Source: Methanococcus maripaludis
Lineage (GTDB): Archaea; AGJL01; Methanococci; Methanococcales; Methanococcaceae
Assembly: GCF_002945325.1 (NCBI RefSeq)
Contig: NZ_CP026606.1
Location: 780,001 to 812,000, forward strand
DNA length: 32,000 nt
Reading direction: 5' to 3'
Within the stretch, counting starts at the first letter, position 1. Each line of letters starts with the position of its first letter. The notes beneath the pieces are model-generated. The model was not told where the DNA came from. It ran no database searches and saw only the letters and a list, made by a program, of their open reading frames with translations. Positions 9,476 through 17,782 of this stretch are shown one piece after another. The translations under genes were made by a program, and so were the position numbers.

Positions 9476-10279
9476 CTAATTTTCTGCTGTAAAGCCATAA
9501 TCTGTCAAGATTTGTTTTCCGGTTTCACTTGTTAAATAGTCTAAGAAAACTTGGGCTTCTTCTTTATTCTCAGAAGAATCTATGATACATACTGGATAAA
9601 TAATTTCTGTAACAGTTGGTACTGTTGCTATAATCTCGATTGAATTTTCTTTTGCAATTTTTGCATCTGTCATATATACAAATCCTGCATCAACGTCCCC
9701 AGTTTCGAGGTAAGTTAAAACCTGTCTTACATTTTCTCCGTAAACCATTTTTTCTTCGAGTTCATCCCATAAACCAGAATTTGTGAGTGATTCTTTAGCA
9801 TATTTTCCAACAGGTGCAGTTTCAGGATTTCCAATTGAAACTTTTGTTACTGCGTCACTTGTTAAATCTTCAACTGAACTAATGTTCGATGGATTTCCAG
9901 CTGGAACGATTAATACTAAACTGTTTGACGCAAAATTCGTTCTAGAACCAGCGCTTGTTAAATTTTCATCTTCAAGTATGTCTACGTGTTTTTTAGAAGC
10001 TGAAGCAAATACATCTACAGGAGCTCCCCCTTCAATCTGCTGTCGAAGCGATCCAGATGCTGCAAAATTTAATTCAACATTAATATTTGGATTATCTTCT
10101 TCAAATGCTGCTGCAATAGCTGTCATTGCATCAGTTAAACTAGATGCTGCCGAAACGGTTATCGTGGTCGTTTTTTCTGCTGATGACGAATCAGAAACGC
10201 ATCCTGCAAAGAGTAACATTGCAGATAATAAAATTGCAGTTATAAGTCCTGTGATTATTTCTGATGACTTTTTGGCCAT
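9476..10279 (-). CDS. modA: Molybdate-binding lipoprotein (ABC substrate-binding protein)
   Basis: Signal/lipobox LLFAGC. Motifs ITVSAASSLTDAM, NFAASGSL and VDVFASAS are ModA signatures. GGGGAGAA RBS. Confidence 0.92.
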   Translation of the reverse strand: MAKKSSEIITGLITAILLSAMLLFAGCVSDSSSAEKTTTITVSAASSLTDAMTAIAAAFEEDNPNINVELNFAASGSLRQQIEGGAPVDVFASASKKHVDILEDENLTSAGSRTNFASNSLVLIVPAGNPSNISSVEDLTSDAVTKVSIGNPETAPVGKYAKESLTNSGLWDELEEKMVYGENVRQVLTYLETGDVDAGFVYMTDAKIAKENSIEIIATVPTVTEIIYPVCIIDSSENKEEAQVFLDYLTSETGKQILTDYGFTAEN

Positions 10280-10304
10280 ATTTTCTCCCCTTTATATATT
10301 ATAA

Positions 10305-10322
10305 CCGGAAGTACTATTCCGG
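10305..10322. promoter_or_regulatory. Palindrome CCGGAA-gtacta-TTCCGG between a candidate TATA box and the modA RBS
   Basis: Perfect 6-bp arms. In the minus sense, TTATATATA (10348-10356) lies about 25-30 bp upstream, so the palindrome sits at the expected TSS or 5'-UTR of modABC. Confidence 0.35.
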
Positions 10323-10805
10323 GTTATGGGAAATTATAGATTTACGGTATATATAATTTCGCATGGAGCTATTAAAATATTTAAATTTGTAAATAAAATT
10401 TGTAAACAGATTTTACGTTATTTAATGGTCCTTAAGGAGATAAAATTGAATAAAATACATACAAAAATGAGGAATAATCAAAATCAAATGGAAAATTATA
10501 TTAAATGTAACATAAACAATATATTACAATACATACTTAATTTAATCATTACTATCTGGCGTTTAATTAATTTAGCCCCCCCATAATGGATTAATTAAAT
10601 ATTATGCCCCTGAAATATTCTTAAAAAATATTAACCCAAAAACCATTTAATTTCTTTTTTTATTGAAGTATTGGTTTATTAATGTTAAAATTTTAAATAT
10701 TTTAGCTAATTTTTTAAAATTGTATCTTTTATTAACCGCATTGTCCGGTTTTGTCAATATTAATCGTTTAAAAATAAAAAAAAGTAGTATATTTATATAG
10801 AAAAC

Positions 10806-11336
10806 TTATTTTTGATTTAGCGCTTGTTCAACTGTTGACATGATCTGGGAAATTTCAGGGAACTTGCTAGGAGTTTCTTCATTTCCATTGTCAACAAAGA
10901 TAAATCCGTCTTCTTTTAATTGTTTTATGTTTCTCTGAACGGCAGGATTGCTGTACATCATCGGGTTTATGTGCATTGCCGCAACGATGGGAGCTTTTGT
11001 AGACATGATTGTTGTTGCCAGCAAGTTATCTGCTATACCATTTGCAGCTTTTCCCAAGGTGTTGGCTGAAACCGGCGCTAAAATCAGCAAATCTGCCTTT
11101 TGTGATAATGATTTATGATTTGGATCATACATTTTAGGAAGTTCAAAAGCTTCGATTTGAACCGGTCTTTTAGCTTCCCTTTGAACCATCAATGGTGACA
11201 CAAAGTTGACAGAATTCGGTGTCATGATAACATCGACTTCTGCACCCCTTTCGCGCAATTGTCCAATCAAATCCAGAGTTTTTATTGCAGGACTGCATGC
11301 ACAGATACCTACCACAATATTTTTGTCTTTAAACAT
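10806..11336 (-). CDS. HFCD-family flavoprotein (PPC-decarboxylase/archaeoflavoprotein-like), 176 aa
   Basis: ADLLILAPVSANTLGKAANGIADNLLATT is the HFCD core motif. The N-terminal nucleotide loop reads GICACSPAIK rather than the usual G(S/T)GSIAAYK. Confidence 0.8.
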   Translation of the reverse strand: MFKDKNIVVGICACSPAIKTLDLIGQLRERGAEVDVIMTPNSVNFVSPLMVQREAKRPVQIEAFELPKMYDPNHKSLSQKADLLILAPVSANTLGKAANGIADNLLATTIMSTKAPIVAAMHINPMMYSNPAVQRNIKQLKEDGFIFVDNGNEETPSKFPEISQIMSTVEQALNQK

Positions 11337-11405
11337 GGGTGATCTACCTATATGTCTTTTTAAATCTCAATTATTCTATATCAGACATATTAGTATATTC
11401 CAATA

Positions 11406-11639
11406 TTAAAGTTTAGATAATTCATTTTTAATTTCTTCAACACTTGGTACTTTTCCTTCAAAGATTACTTCATCATCAACTACAACGCCAGGAGTTGACA
11501 TTACATATTCTGCAATTTTTGCAGCGTCTGTAATTTTTACTACTTCTGCATCTATTTTGAGTTCTTCTACTGCTTTTTTCACGTTGTCATAAACTTCAAC
11601 GCATTTTTTACATCCCATTCCTAATATTGTTATTTTCAT
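11406..11639 (-). CDS. Small thioredoxin-fold protein (redox-active disulfide protein 2 type)
   Basis: 77 aa, MKITILGMGCKKC with a CxxC motif, followed by TPGVVVDDEVIFEGKVPSVEEIK. GAGGT RBS. Confidence 0.85.
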   Translation of the reverse strand: MKITILGMGCKKCVEVYDNVKKAVEELKIDAEVVKITDAAKIAEYVMSTPGVVVDDEVIFEGKVPSVEEIKNELSKL

Positions 11640-11681
11640 GATTTTACCTCTAAATGTGTGTGTTAGTTAAAAATAATTAAA

Positions 11682-12638
11682 TTAAAGGAGGATATTGAAT
11701 AAATATCCAGTAATTACAATTGCAATGCTCGTAATTCCAAAGAATACCGCGATTAATTTTGGTTTTATTACTTTTCTAAGTAAAACTGCTTCTGGGAATG
11801 ATAACGCAGTTGTCGCCATCATAAATGCAAGTGCAGTTCCAATTCCAACCCCTTTTCCAATTAAAGCTTCTGCGATAGGAATTGTTCCAAGAGCATTTGA
11901 ATAAAGGGGCACTGCAATAATTGTTGCAAAAATTACTGCCAAGGGATTTTCAGGACCTGCATATTTTGCAAGCACTTCTTCTGGCGCATATCCATGTATT
12001 ATTGCACCAATTCCAATACCTATCAGGATATAGAGCCAGACTCTCTTTACAATATCACGGGTGCTGTCGTATGCAAATTTTAACCGCTCTTTTTGTGTTA
12101 ATTCTTTTATTTTTCGAGCCCTGCTTCTTATGCTGTATACATACTCTTCAACCTGATTTTCCATTCCAAGTTTGCCAATTATAAGTCCACCAACTACCCC
12201 GATAATAACGCCCGAAACCACATAAATCATTGCTATCTGCCAGCCAAATGATGCTAAAAGTACAGCAAACGCAGCTTCGTTTACTATCGGAGAAGTAATC
12301 AAGAATGAAAGAGTAACTCCTAATGGAACTCCTGCTTCAATAAATCCAATAAATATTGGAACTGAAGAGCATGAACAAAATGGCGTAACAGTCCCTAGTA
12401 GGGATGCCATAATATTTCCAGAAACTCCAGAGTACCTTTCAAGTATTTTTTTTGTTTTTTCAGGTGGGAAATAACTTCTAATGTATGAAATCGAAAATAT
12501 CATAATAGACAGCAGTATAACAATTTTTAAGCTGTCGTATATGAAAAAATGAACGGATGAGCCAATTGCAGTATCCATACTCATATTCAGGACATTTTCT
12601 ACAATATATCTCGCACCATAATCTAACCAGCCAAACAT
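11682..12638 (-). CDS. ArsP-like/DUF318 (PF03773-type) permease with a vicinal-Cys motif
   Basis: 318 aa polytopic protein. TPFCSCSSVPIFIGF is the family hallmark. GGTGA RBS. Confidence 0.85.
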   Translation of the reverse strand: MFGWLDYGARYIVENVLNMSMDTAIGSSVHFFIYDSLKIVILLSIMIFSISYIRSYFPPEKTKKILERYSGVSGNIMASLLGTVTPFCSCSSVPIFIGFIEAGVPLGVTLSFLITSPIVNEAAFAVLLASFGWQIAMIYVVSGVIIGVVGGLIIGKLGMENQVEEYVYSIRSRARKIKELTQKERLKFAYDSTRDIVKRVWLYILIGIGIGAIIHGYAPEEVLAKYAGPENPLAVIFATIIAVPLYSNALGTIPIAEALIGKGVGIGTALAFMMATTALSFPEAVLLRKVIKPKLIAVFFGITSIAIVITGYLFNILL

Positions 12639-12770
12639 TTTTTCACCAAAAAATCACATAAAACGTGATTTACCCATATTATTATTTTTAAATTGGAAAA
12701 CATGGGCTTTTGAATTTTAAAATACCTTTTTACAGGATTTAGGTATATTATAAAATATATTTATACTTTT

Positions 12771-12803
12771 CGATATACCGATATATATCGATATATATTG
12801 ATG
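12771..12803. promoter_or_regulatory. Tandem/palindromic CGATATA repeats upstream of the permease operon
   Basis: Sequence CGATATAC CGATATATAT CGATATATAT TGATG. Units start at 12771, 12779 and 12789, a period of about 9-10 bp. CGATATATATCG (12779-12790) is a perfect 12-bp palindrome. Confidence 0.35.
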
Positions 12804-13411
12804 TATTTTTAAAATATTTAAATATATAGATATATACTCATTGCAATAAATAGATAATTATAAAAATACGAGATAAGTATTATTAATTGGAGTTAATTAA
12901 CTTAATTAAATTAAGTAATTTATAAAAATTACTATTTGGCTAATTTGGTAAATAAACTCCGCAACAAATATGCATACTAAATTCAAACTACCACACCATT
13001 TTATGTTATACAAAATATAGGCTAAATTGTTTAATATAAAAATTCAGTTAATTTTTTTTCTATTATTTTTAAAAAAACATATCAAACTCTTTTCTAACGA
13101 TATGTAAAAATAGACAATATATACCCAACATAATAAATTAAATAGAAAACTATATTAGGGTTGTATACAATATCTATTAATTGGATGTGATTAATTTATC
13201 TAAAAAAGTAACTACTTATCATTAACATTTCATGTTAAATGACACTCCCTAAATAGTTTTACTTAAAAAACAGTTCGACACCCTGTTTTAAAGTAACCAC
13301 CACTCCTTAATTTTAAACCAGATTGGCCTTTGTGTTTAAAATTAAAAATTTGACCCAATACTTTTTTTATTTTTTAATCTTTTTAATCAAATGTATTTTT
13401 GATATTTTAAT

Positions 13412-13454
<43 letters not shown>

Positions 13455-13457
13455 GTA

Positions 13458-14585
13458 TTAAATCAGCCAGATTTTAACATTTTTTCTGACTTTTACTTCA
13501 TTTTCACTAACATCAACAAGACCGTCAGCATTCGCAATTGAAGTAATCATGTTTGAACCCCGAAATGCAGGGTAAGCAATCCCGTCCTTTAATTTAACTG
13601 GAAAATAGTGTTTTATTCCAAGTTCTGAATTAAATTCTTCTGAAAGGTCGGCAGTTACCAGTTCTCGCTTAAACGTTTTATGAGCCGCGTTTAAAAACAT
13701 TGGCAAAAGATATGCATAACCGCATACAAGACACGATGCAACATTTCCAGGAAGACATATTACAGGTTTTTCACTAACTTTTCCAGCAAATATTGGCATT
13801 CCAGGAATTGATTTTACTTTATGAAATAAAATATCTCCAATAGAGGATATAATTTTAAACATGTAGTCTTTTTTACCTTTAGACGTTCCACCCGAAGTTA
13901 CAACAATATCATACTGTAAAACAGTGTTTTTTATTGCATAGGTTATTTTTTCAATATTGTCCTCAACAACCCCTAAAAAAACAGGCTCACAACCTGCCTT
14001 TCTAACAATCGCAGTTAGTGTTTTTGAATTTACTTCGTTAATTTCTGAAAGTTCATTTCCAATGGAGAGTATCGCAACTTTTGGGATATCGTAAACATTT
14101 ATTTCAGCCATTCCGATTGATGCCAAAATTCCAATCGCTTTTTCATCAATCAAGGTATTTTTATCGAGAACTTTTGTATTTTTTGGAATATCTGTTCCTT
14201 TTTTAAAAATATTTGAATTTTTTGTCATTTTGACTATTCTTATCGTGTTTTCGGAATTTATCGTATTTTCGAAAGGAATTATTTTATCAGTGTTTTTTGG
14301 AATATTTGAACCTGTAGCAACCCATATACATTTTCCAGGGTTTATCAGCATGTCTACAGGGTCTCCAGCGTGAATTTCATCCGAAATTACTAAAAAATCA
14401 TTATTAAATGCATCATTAGTTATTGCGTAGCCGTCAACTGTTGATTTATCACAAAGGGGGACATCCACATTAGAATAAACGTCATCAAAAAGCACTCTCC
14501 CGTATGATTCATAAATTTCAACAGAAACTTCACGATTACATTTAAATCCATTTAAAATATTTTGAACTTCATCAGCAGTTTTCAT
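13458..14585 (-). CDS. moeA: MoeA-family molybdopterin molybdenum/tungsten transferase
   Basis: N-terminal SYGRVL...DVPLCDKSTVDGYAI, MoCF domain VVTSGGTSKGKKDY, and a MoeA_C-like tail ANADGLVDV. GGTG RBS. Confidence 0.88.
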   Translation of the reverse strand: MKTADEVQNILNGFKCNREVSVEIYESYGRVLFDDVYSNVDVPLCDKSTVDGYAITNDAFNNDFLVISDEIHAGDPVDMLINPGKCIWVATGSNIPKNTDKIIPFENTINSENTIRIVKMTKNSNIFKKGTDIPKNTKVLDKNTLIDEKAIGILASIGMAEINVYDIPKVAILSIGNELSEINEVNSKTLTAIVRKAGCEPVFLGVVEDNIEKITYAIKNTVLQYDIVVTSGGTSKGKKDYMFKIISSIGDILFHKVKSIPGMPIFAGKVSEKPVICLPGNVASCLVCGYAYLLPMFLNAAHKTFKRELVTADLSEEFNSELGIKHYFPVKLKDGIAYPAFRGSNMITSIANADGLVDVSENEVKVRKNVKIWLI

Positions 14586-14611
14586 AAAAATACACCAGCA
14601 TTACTCAAAAA

Positions 14612-15196
14612 TTATTCGGCAGATTTTTCTGCACAATTTGGGCAGATATTTTCATCATCAATACCTTTTTTAATAAAAGATTCACCACAAAGCCCGCATA
14701 CTGCAGAAAATTTTGGCTTTTTTTCAGAAACGTGAATTTCAACAGACTTCCATGAATAAATACTATCCCCTGCATCGATTAAATCAGAAATTACTTCTTC
14801 ATGGGGCACTTTTTTTATATTCATAAACCAGTTGTAAAGTGCAGGGTATTTTTCAGCTTTTTTATGATCAAACACTATCCTAACCCCTGTACCAATATCA
14901 TTTTCAGGAATTATCTTGTTTACAGTTACTGCCATGATGTCGTGGTCTTTTATGCTCAAACGTTTGTTTCCAGTCGTACAATTTCCAAGAACCTGAAATG
15001 CATCAGGCATGCAGTTTTTAGTTTCGCATGTTGCATAAACTCGCTCTCCGTCATTTATATCAAGAAATTTTTTTGCAATATTGTACATCTGTATCCCGAT
15101 AAATGCACCTCCGCTTAAATGCCCGTGAAATCTGATAACGTCTTCTATCTGTTTTGAATATTCTTTGTCCGTTACTTTTGATAATACATCATTCAT
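14612..15196 (-). CDS. FmdE-family protein with a C-terminal Zn-ribbon
   Basis: FHGHLSGGAFIG and CETKNCMPDAFQVLGNCTTGNKRL are FmdE-domain motifs. C-terminal CGLCGE...CPNC. ATG 15196 follows a GGTGA RBS; the track start at 15205 is a GTG. Confidence 0.85.
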   Translation of the reverse strand: MNDVLSKVTDKEYSKQIEDVIRFHGHLSGGAFIGIQMYNIAKKFLDINDGERVYATCETKNCMPDAFQVLGNCTTGNKRLSIKDHDIMAVTVNKIIPENDIGTGVRIVFDHKKAEKYPALYNWFMNIKKVPHEEVISDLIDAGDSIYSWKSVEIHVSEKKPKFSAVCGLCGESFIKKGIDDENICPNCAEKSAE

Positions 15197-15213
15197 TTTT
15201 TTCACCGATTAAT

Positions 15214-15990
15214 TTATTCATTATTATCTTTAACTTTCATGGAATATTTCGAAGAATTCCTGCTAAAAATTCCAAAAGAAGAACCGTGTTTTAAATCTGT
15301 GACTGTTTTATCAATATTTATTACTCTTGTTGATGCAGTGTGCGTAATTCCCGAATTTTTCAGGAAATCAGGGTTTATTTGAGCAGTTGGCCCTGTTAAA
15401 ATTTTTAATTTTGCATTTTTTGAGCGCTCCAGCACAAAATCTATCGTGTCGTTTACAAGAGTTGTTCCCGTTATCACTACCGCGTCCATTTCTGGAAGTA
15501 AACGATATTCAAACGTATCATCAATTAATTCTGCACCGCAAGACGAAGAATTTCTCTCAAATACATATATTTCATAATTTTTGCCCTCAATTTCACGTAA
15601 TTCATTTACAACTGGTGCAATATTCCCAACAAACCCTATTTTTTTAATATCTTTGTCTGATACAATCAAATCCAAAACATCTTCGTTCTTTGACTCAGTA
15701 AAATCTATATAATACTGGGAAACTGCATTTATCGCGGCCATTGCAAGTGTTCTTTCAGTCAGATTGTAGCCTTTAGCACATTCTATAATGGATTCAAGAG
15801 AAGTTTCATCAAAATCTCGTCGGTAATGGCATTTTGAATCGAGAACCATCGAAACTCCCATTTTAACCCCCTTTTCACCCTCAACAATTACATAAGCATA
15901 AGGTATTGCTATTGAATATTCTTTTAATGTTAATTTATCTCCATTTTTTAAAATTTCAAGTGTTTTATCAGCTAAATTGTCCACTATCAT
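15214..15990 (-). CDS. DUF4213/DUF364 protein (Rossmann-like, annotated 'putative heavy-metal chelation')
   Basis: About 258 aa. The architecture and the block IGFVGNIAPVV...VVITGTTLVNDT match my recollection of PF13938+PF04016. GAGGTG RBS precedes tandem ATGs. The family call was not searched. Confidence 0.7.
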   Translation of the reverse strand: MIVDNLADKTLEILKNGDKLTLKEYSIAIPYAYVIVEGEKGVKMGVSMVLDSKCHYRRDFDETSLESIIECAKGYNLTERTLAMAAINAVSQYYIDFTESKNEDVLDLIVSDKDIKKIGFVGNIAPVVNELREIEGKNYEIYVFERNSSSCGAELIDDTFEYRLLPEMDAVVITGTTLVNDTIDFVLERSKNAKLKILTGPTAQINPDFLKNSGITHTASTRVINIDKTVTDLKHGSSFGIFSRNSSKYSMKVKDNNE

Positions 15991-16019
15991 CATAACACCT
16001 CAATAATTCATTATAATCA

Positions 16020-16802
16020 CTAAATCATAGTTTTTAAATAGTCTTTATCCGGAAGAACAACTTTTTGCCCGAATATATCTGCAAATTTAGTATTTATCCC
16101 GTAAAGCTCCTGAAAATTTTCAGGGCATACTGAGTTTTTATCCGCAATTTCAGAGAGAATTTTTCCATTTTTCATTAAAAATAGGTTATCGCAGAATAGA
16201 AACGCCAAATTTGGATCGTGAAGCGACAATAAAACGGTTTTATCCATTTCTTTTGATATTTTTTCGATTACTGAAAGTACAAGGTACTGATTTTTGTAAT
16301 CTAAAAAAGATGTCGGCTCATCAAAAATCATCAATTTTGCATCCTGAATAAGCGCAGTTGCAACCATTACAAGCCTTTTTTGACCGCCACTAAGAGATAT
16401 GAATTCTTTATCTTTCAAATGGCTAATTTTTAGTAATTTTAGTATTTCAGTCACTTTTTGTTCGTCTTTTTTGGAAGGACCCCTCAAAAAATTAACGTGT
16501 GGATTTCTGCCCATCAAAACAACTTCAAATACGGTGTATGGAAAATTTATCGAAAATTCCTGCGGTGAATATGAAATTAACCGTGATCTATCTTTATAAT
16601 TCATTTGGGTAGTTTTTTCCCCGTCAATTATGATACTTCCAGATTTAACAGGAACAATTCCAGAAATACACTTTAAAATCGTTGATTTTCCAGCACCATT
16701 TGGCCCAAGTATACATCCAATTCCACTGTCAAGTTTAAAACTACAATCATTCAATATTTTGTTTTTCCCGTAATTAAAATTTATATTTTCAATATTCAAC
16801 AT
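16020..16802 (-). CDS. ABC transporter ATPase, FecE/BtuD (iron-chelate/cobalamin) type
   Basis: Walker A GPNGAGKST, signature LSGGQKRLVMVA, Walker B LMIFDEPTSFLD. The start overlaps the permease stop as TAATG. Confidence 0.92.
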   Translation of the reverse strand: MLNIENINFNYGKNKILNDCSFKLDSGIGCILGPNGAGKSTILKCISGIVPVKSGSIIIDGEKTTQMNYKDRSRLISYSPQEFSINFPYTVFEVVLMGRNPHVNFLRGPSKKDEQKVTEILKLLKISHLKDKEFISLSGGQKRLVMVATALIQDAKLMIFDEPTSFLDYKNQYLVLSVIEKISKEMDKTVLLSLHDPNLAFLFCDNLFLMKNGKILSEIADKNSVCPENFQELYGINTKFADIFGQKVVLPDKDYLKTMI

Positions 16803-17782
16803 TATTTCACCCCTCTTTTTGATAAAATAATAATCAAAATTGGTGCACCAATAAACGAAGTTATAATACTTATTGGAATTTCAGAAGGCGTTAAAGTTCT
16901 TGCAAGCGTGTCGCAGAGTAAGAGAAGTGTAGCACCTACAAAAGCAGATGCAGGAACGAGTTTCCTGTTGTCTACCCCGACTAAAAGCCTTGCAATATGT
17001 GGACTTACAACTCCAACCCACTGAATCATCCCTGCAAGTGAAGTCGATGCAGATGCAGCTAGTGTTGCAAGAAATATCGTTATATTTTTCAGTTTTTTTG
17101 AATCCACCCCTAAACTTTTTGCATTTTCATCCCCTGTTGCAAGGATGTTAAAAACCCATTTTAACATTACAAGCCCGATAATCCCGATTAACATAGGTAT
17201 AACCGATATTCCCAAATCCACCCATCGAAGGCCTACAAAACTTCCAAGAAGCCAGAAAACTATCGTTGGCAATTTTTCATAAGGGTCTGCAACGTATTTT
17301 ATAAGGCCGATCATTGCAGAAAAAAATGCAGAAATCGCCATTCCGGAAAGAATAAGCCCAACAATCCCACTTTTTAAAAGACTGCTGAGTTTATATGCAA
17401 TATATACTGCAATAACACCAAATATAAACGCGGAAAACTGTACAAGATACGGATTGTACGCAAAAAATAAAATTGCAATAGATGCACCAAATGCGGACCC
17501 GCTTGTAACCCCCAAAATATTTGGGCCTGCAAGGTAATTTTTAAAAATATTTTGAAAAGAAACTCCCGCAAGCGCTAAAGATGCCCCTGCAAGCGATACT
17601 GCAATCGCCCTTGGAAGCCGGATATCAAAAAAAATATTGTTTGCAAGTGAATTTGTAAAAATTAAAGAAGGATCAAACATGTATCTTCCAACAAACAGGG
17701 AAAATAAAAACACGCCTGCAAACAAAAAAGGAAAAACATAATTTTTATTCAATATTATCACCAACGAGCGTAACTTCGTCAA
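16802..17782 (-). CDS. FecCD/BtuC-family ABC permease
   Basis: GPNILGVTSGSAFGA and WVGVVSPHIARLLVGVDNRKLVPASAFVGATLLLLCDTLAR are FecCD motifs. The start is uncertain: TTG 17782 overlaps the SBP gene by 38 nt, and GTG 17761 is an alternative. Confidence 0.88.
   Translation of the reverse strand: MTKLRSLVIILNKNYVFPFLFAGVFLFSLFVGRYMFDPSLIFTNSLANNIFFDIRLPRAIAVSLAGASLALAGVSFQNIFKNYLAGPNILGVTSGSAFGASIAILFFAYNPYLVQFSAFIFGVIAVYIAYKLSSLLKSGIVGLILSGMAISAFFSAMIGLIKYVADPYEKLPTIVFWLLGSFVGLRWVDLGISVIPMLIGIIGLVMLKWVFNILATGDENAKSLGVDSKKLKNITIFLATLAASASTSLAGMIQWVGVVSPHIARLLVGVDNRKLVPASAFVGATLLLLCDTLARTLTPSEIPISIITSFIGAPILIIILSKRGVK

Noticed and set aside
7649-10279. The transporter might be the tungstate-specific WtpABC or TupABC rather than ModABC.
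   Set aside because: The binding protein is short (267 aa) and carries ModA-type SAASSL, ASGSL and FASAS motifs. The ATPase has the ModC-like TOBE tail. Oxyanion specificity (Mo versus W) cannot be decided from sequence alone.
10326-10586. An 86-aa ORF in the modA-flavoprotein intergenic region.
   Set aside because: It is N/I/K-rich and low-complexity, has no RBS, and overlaps the predicted modABC promoter. I cannot support it as coding.
12771-12803. Short repeats, with those at 27538-27626, considered as a possible CRISPR array.
   Set aside because: The units are only 7-13 bp, there are 2-3 copies with no regular repeat-spacer architecture, and no cas genes are present.
17374-17571. A 65-aa same-strand alternative-frame ORF inside the FecCD permease gene, with similar ORFs at 16948-17151 and 22908-23120.
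   Set aside because: They are embedded in well-supported genes, with no independent start signals or recognisable motifs.
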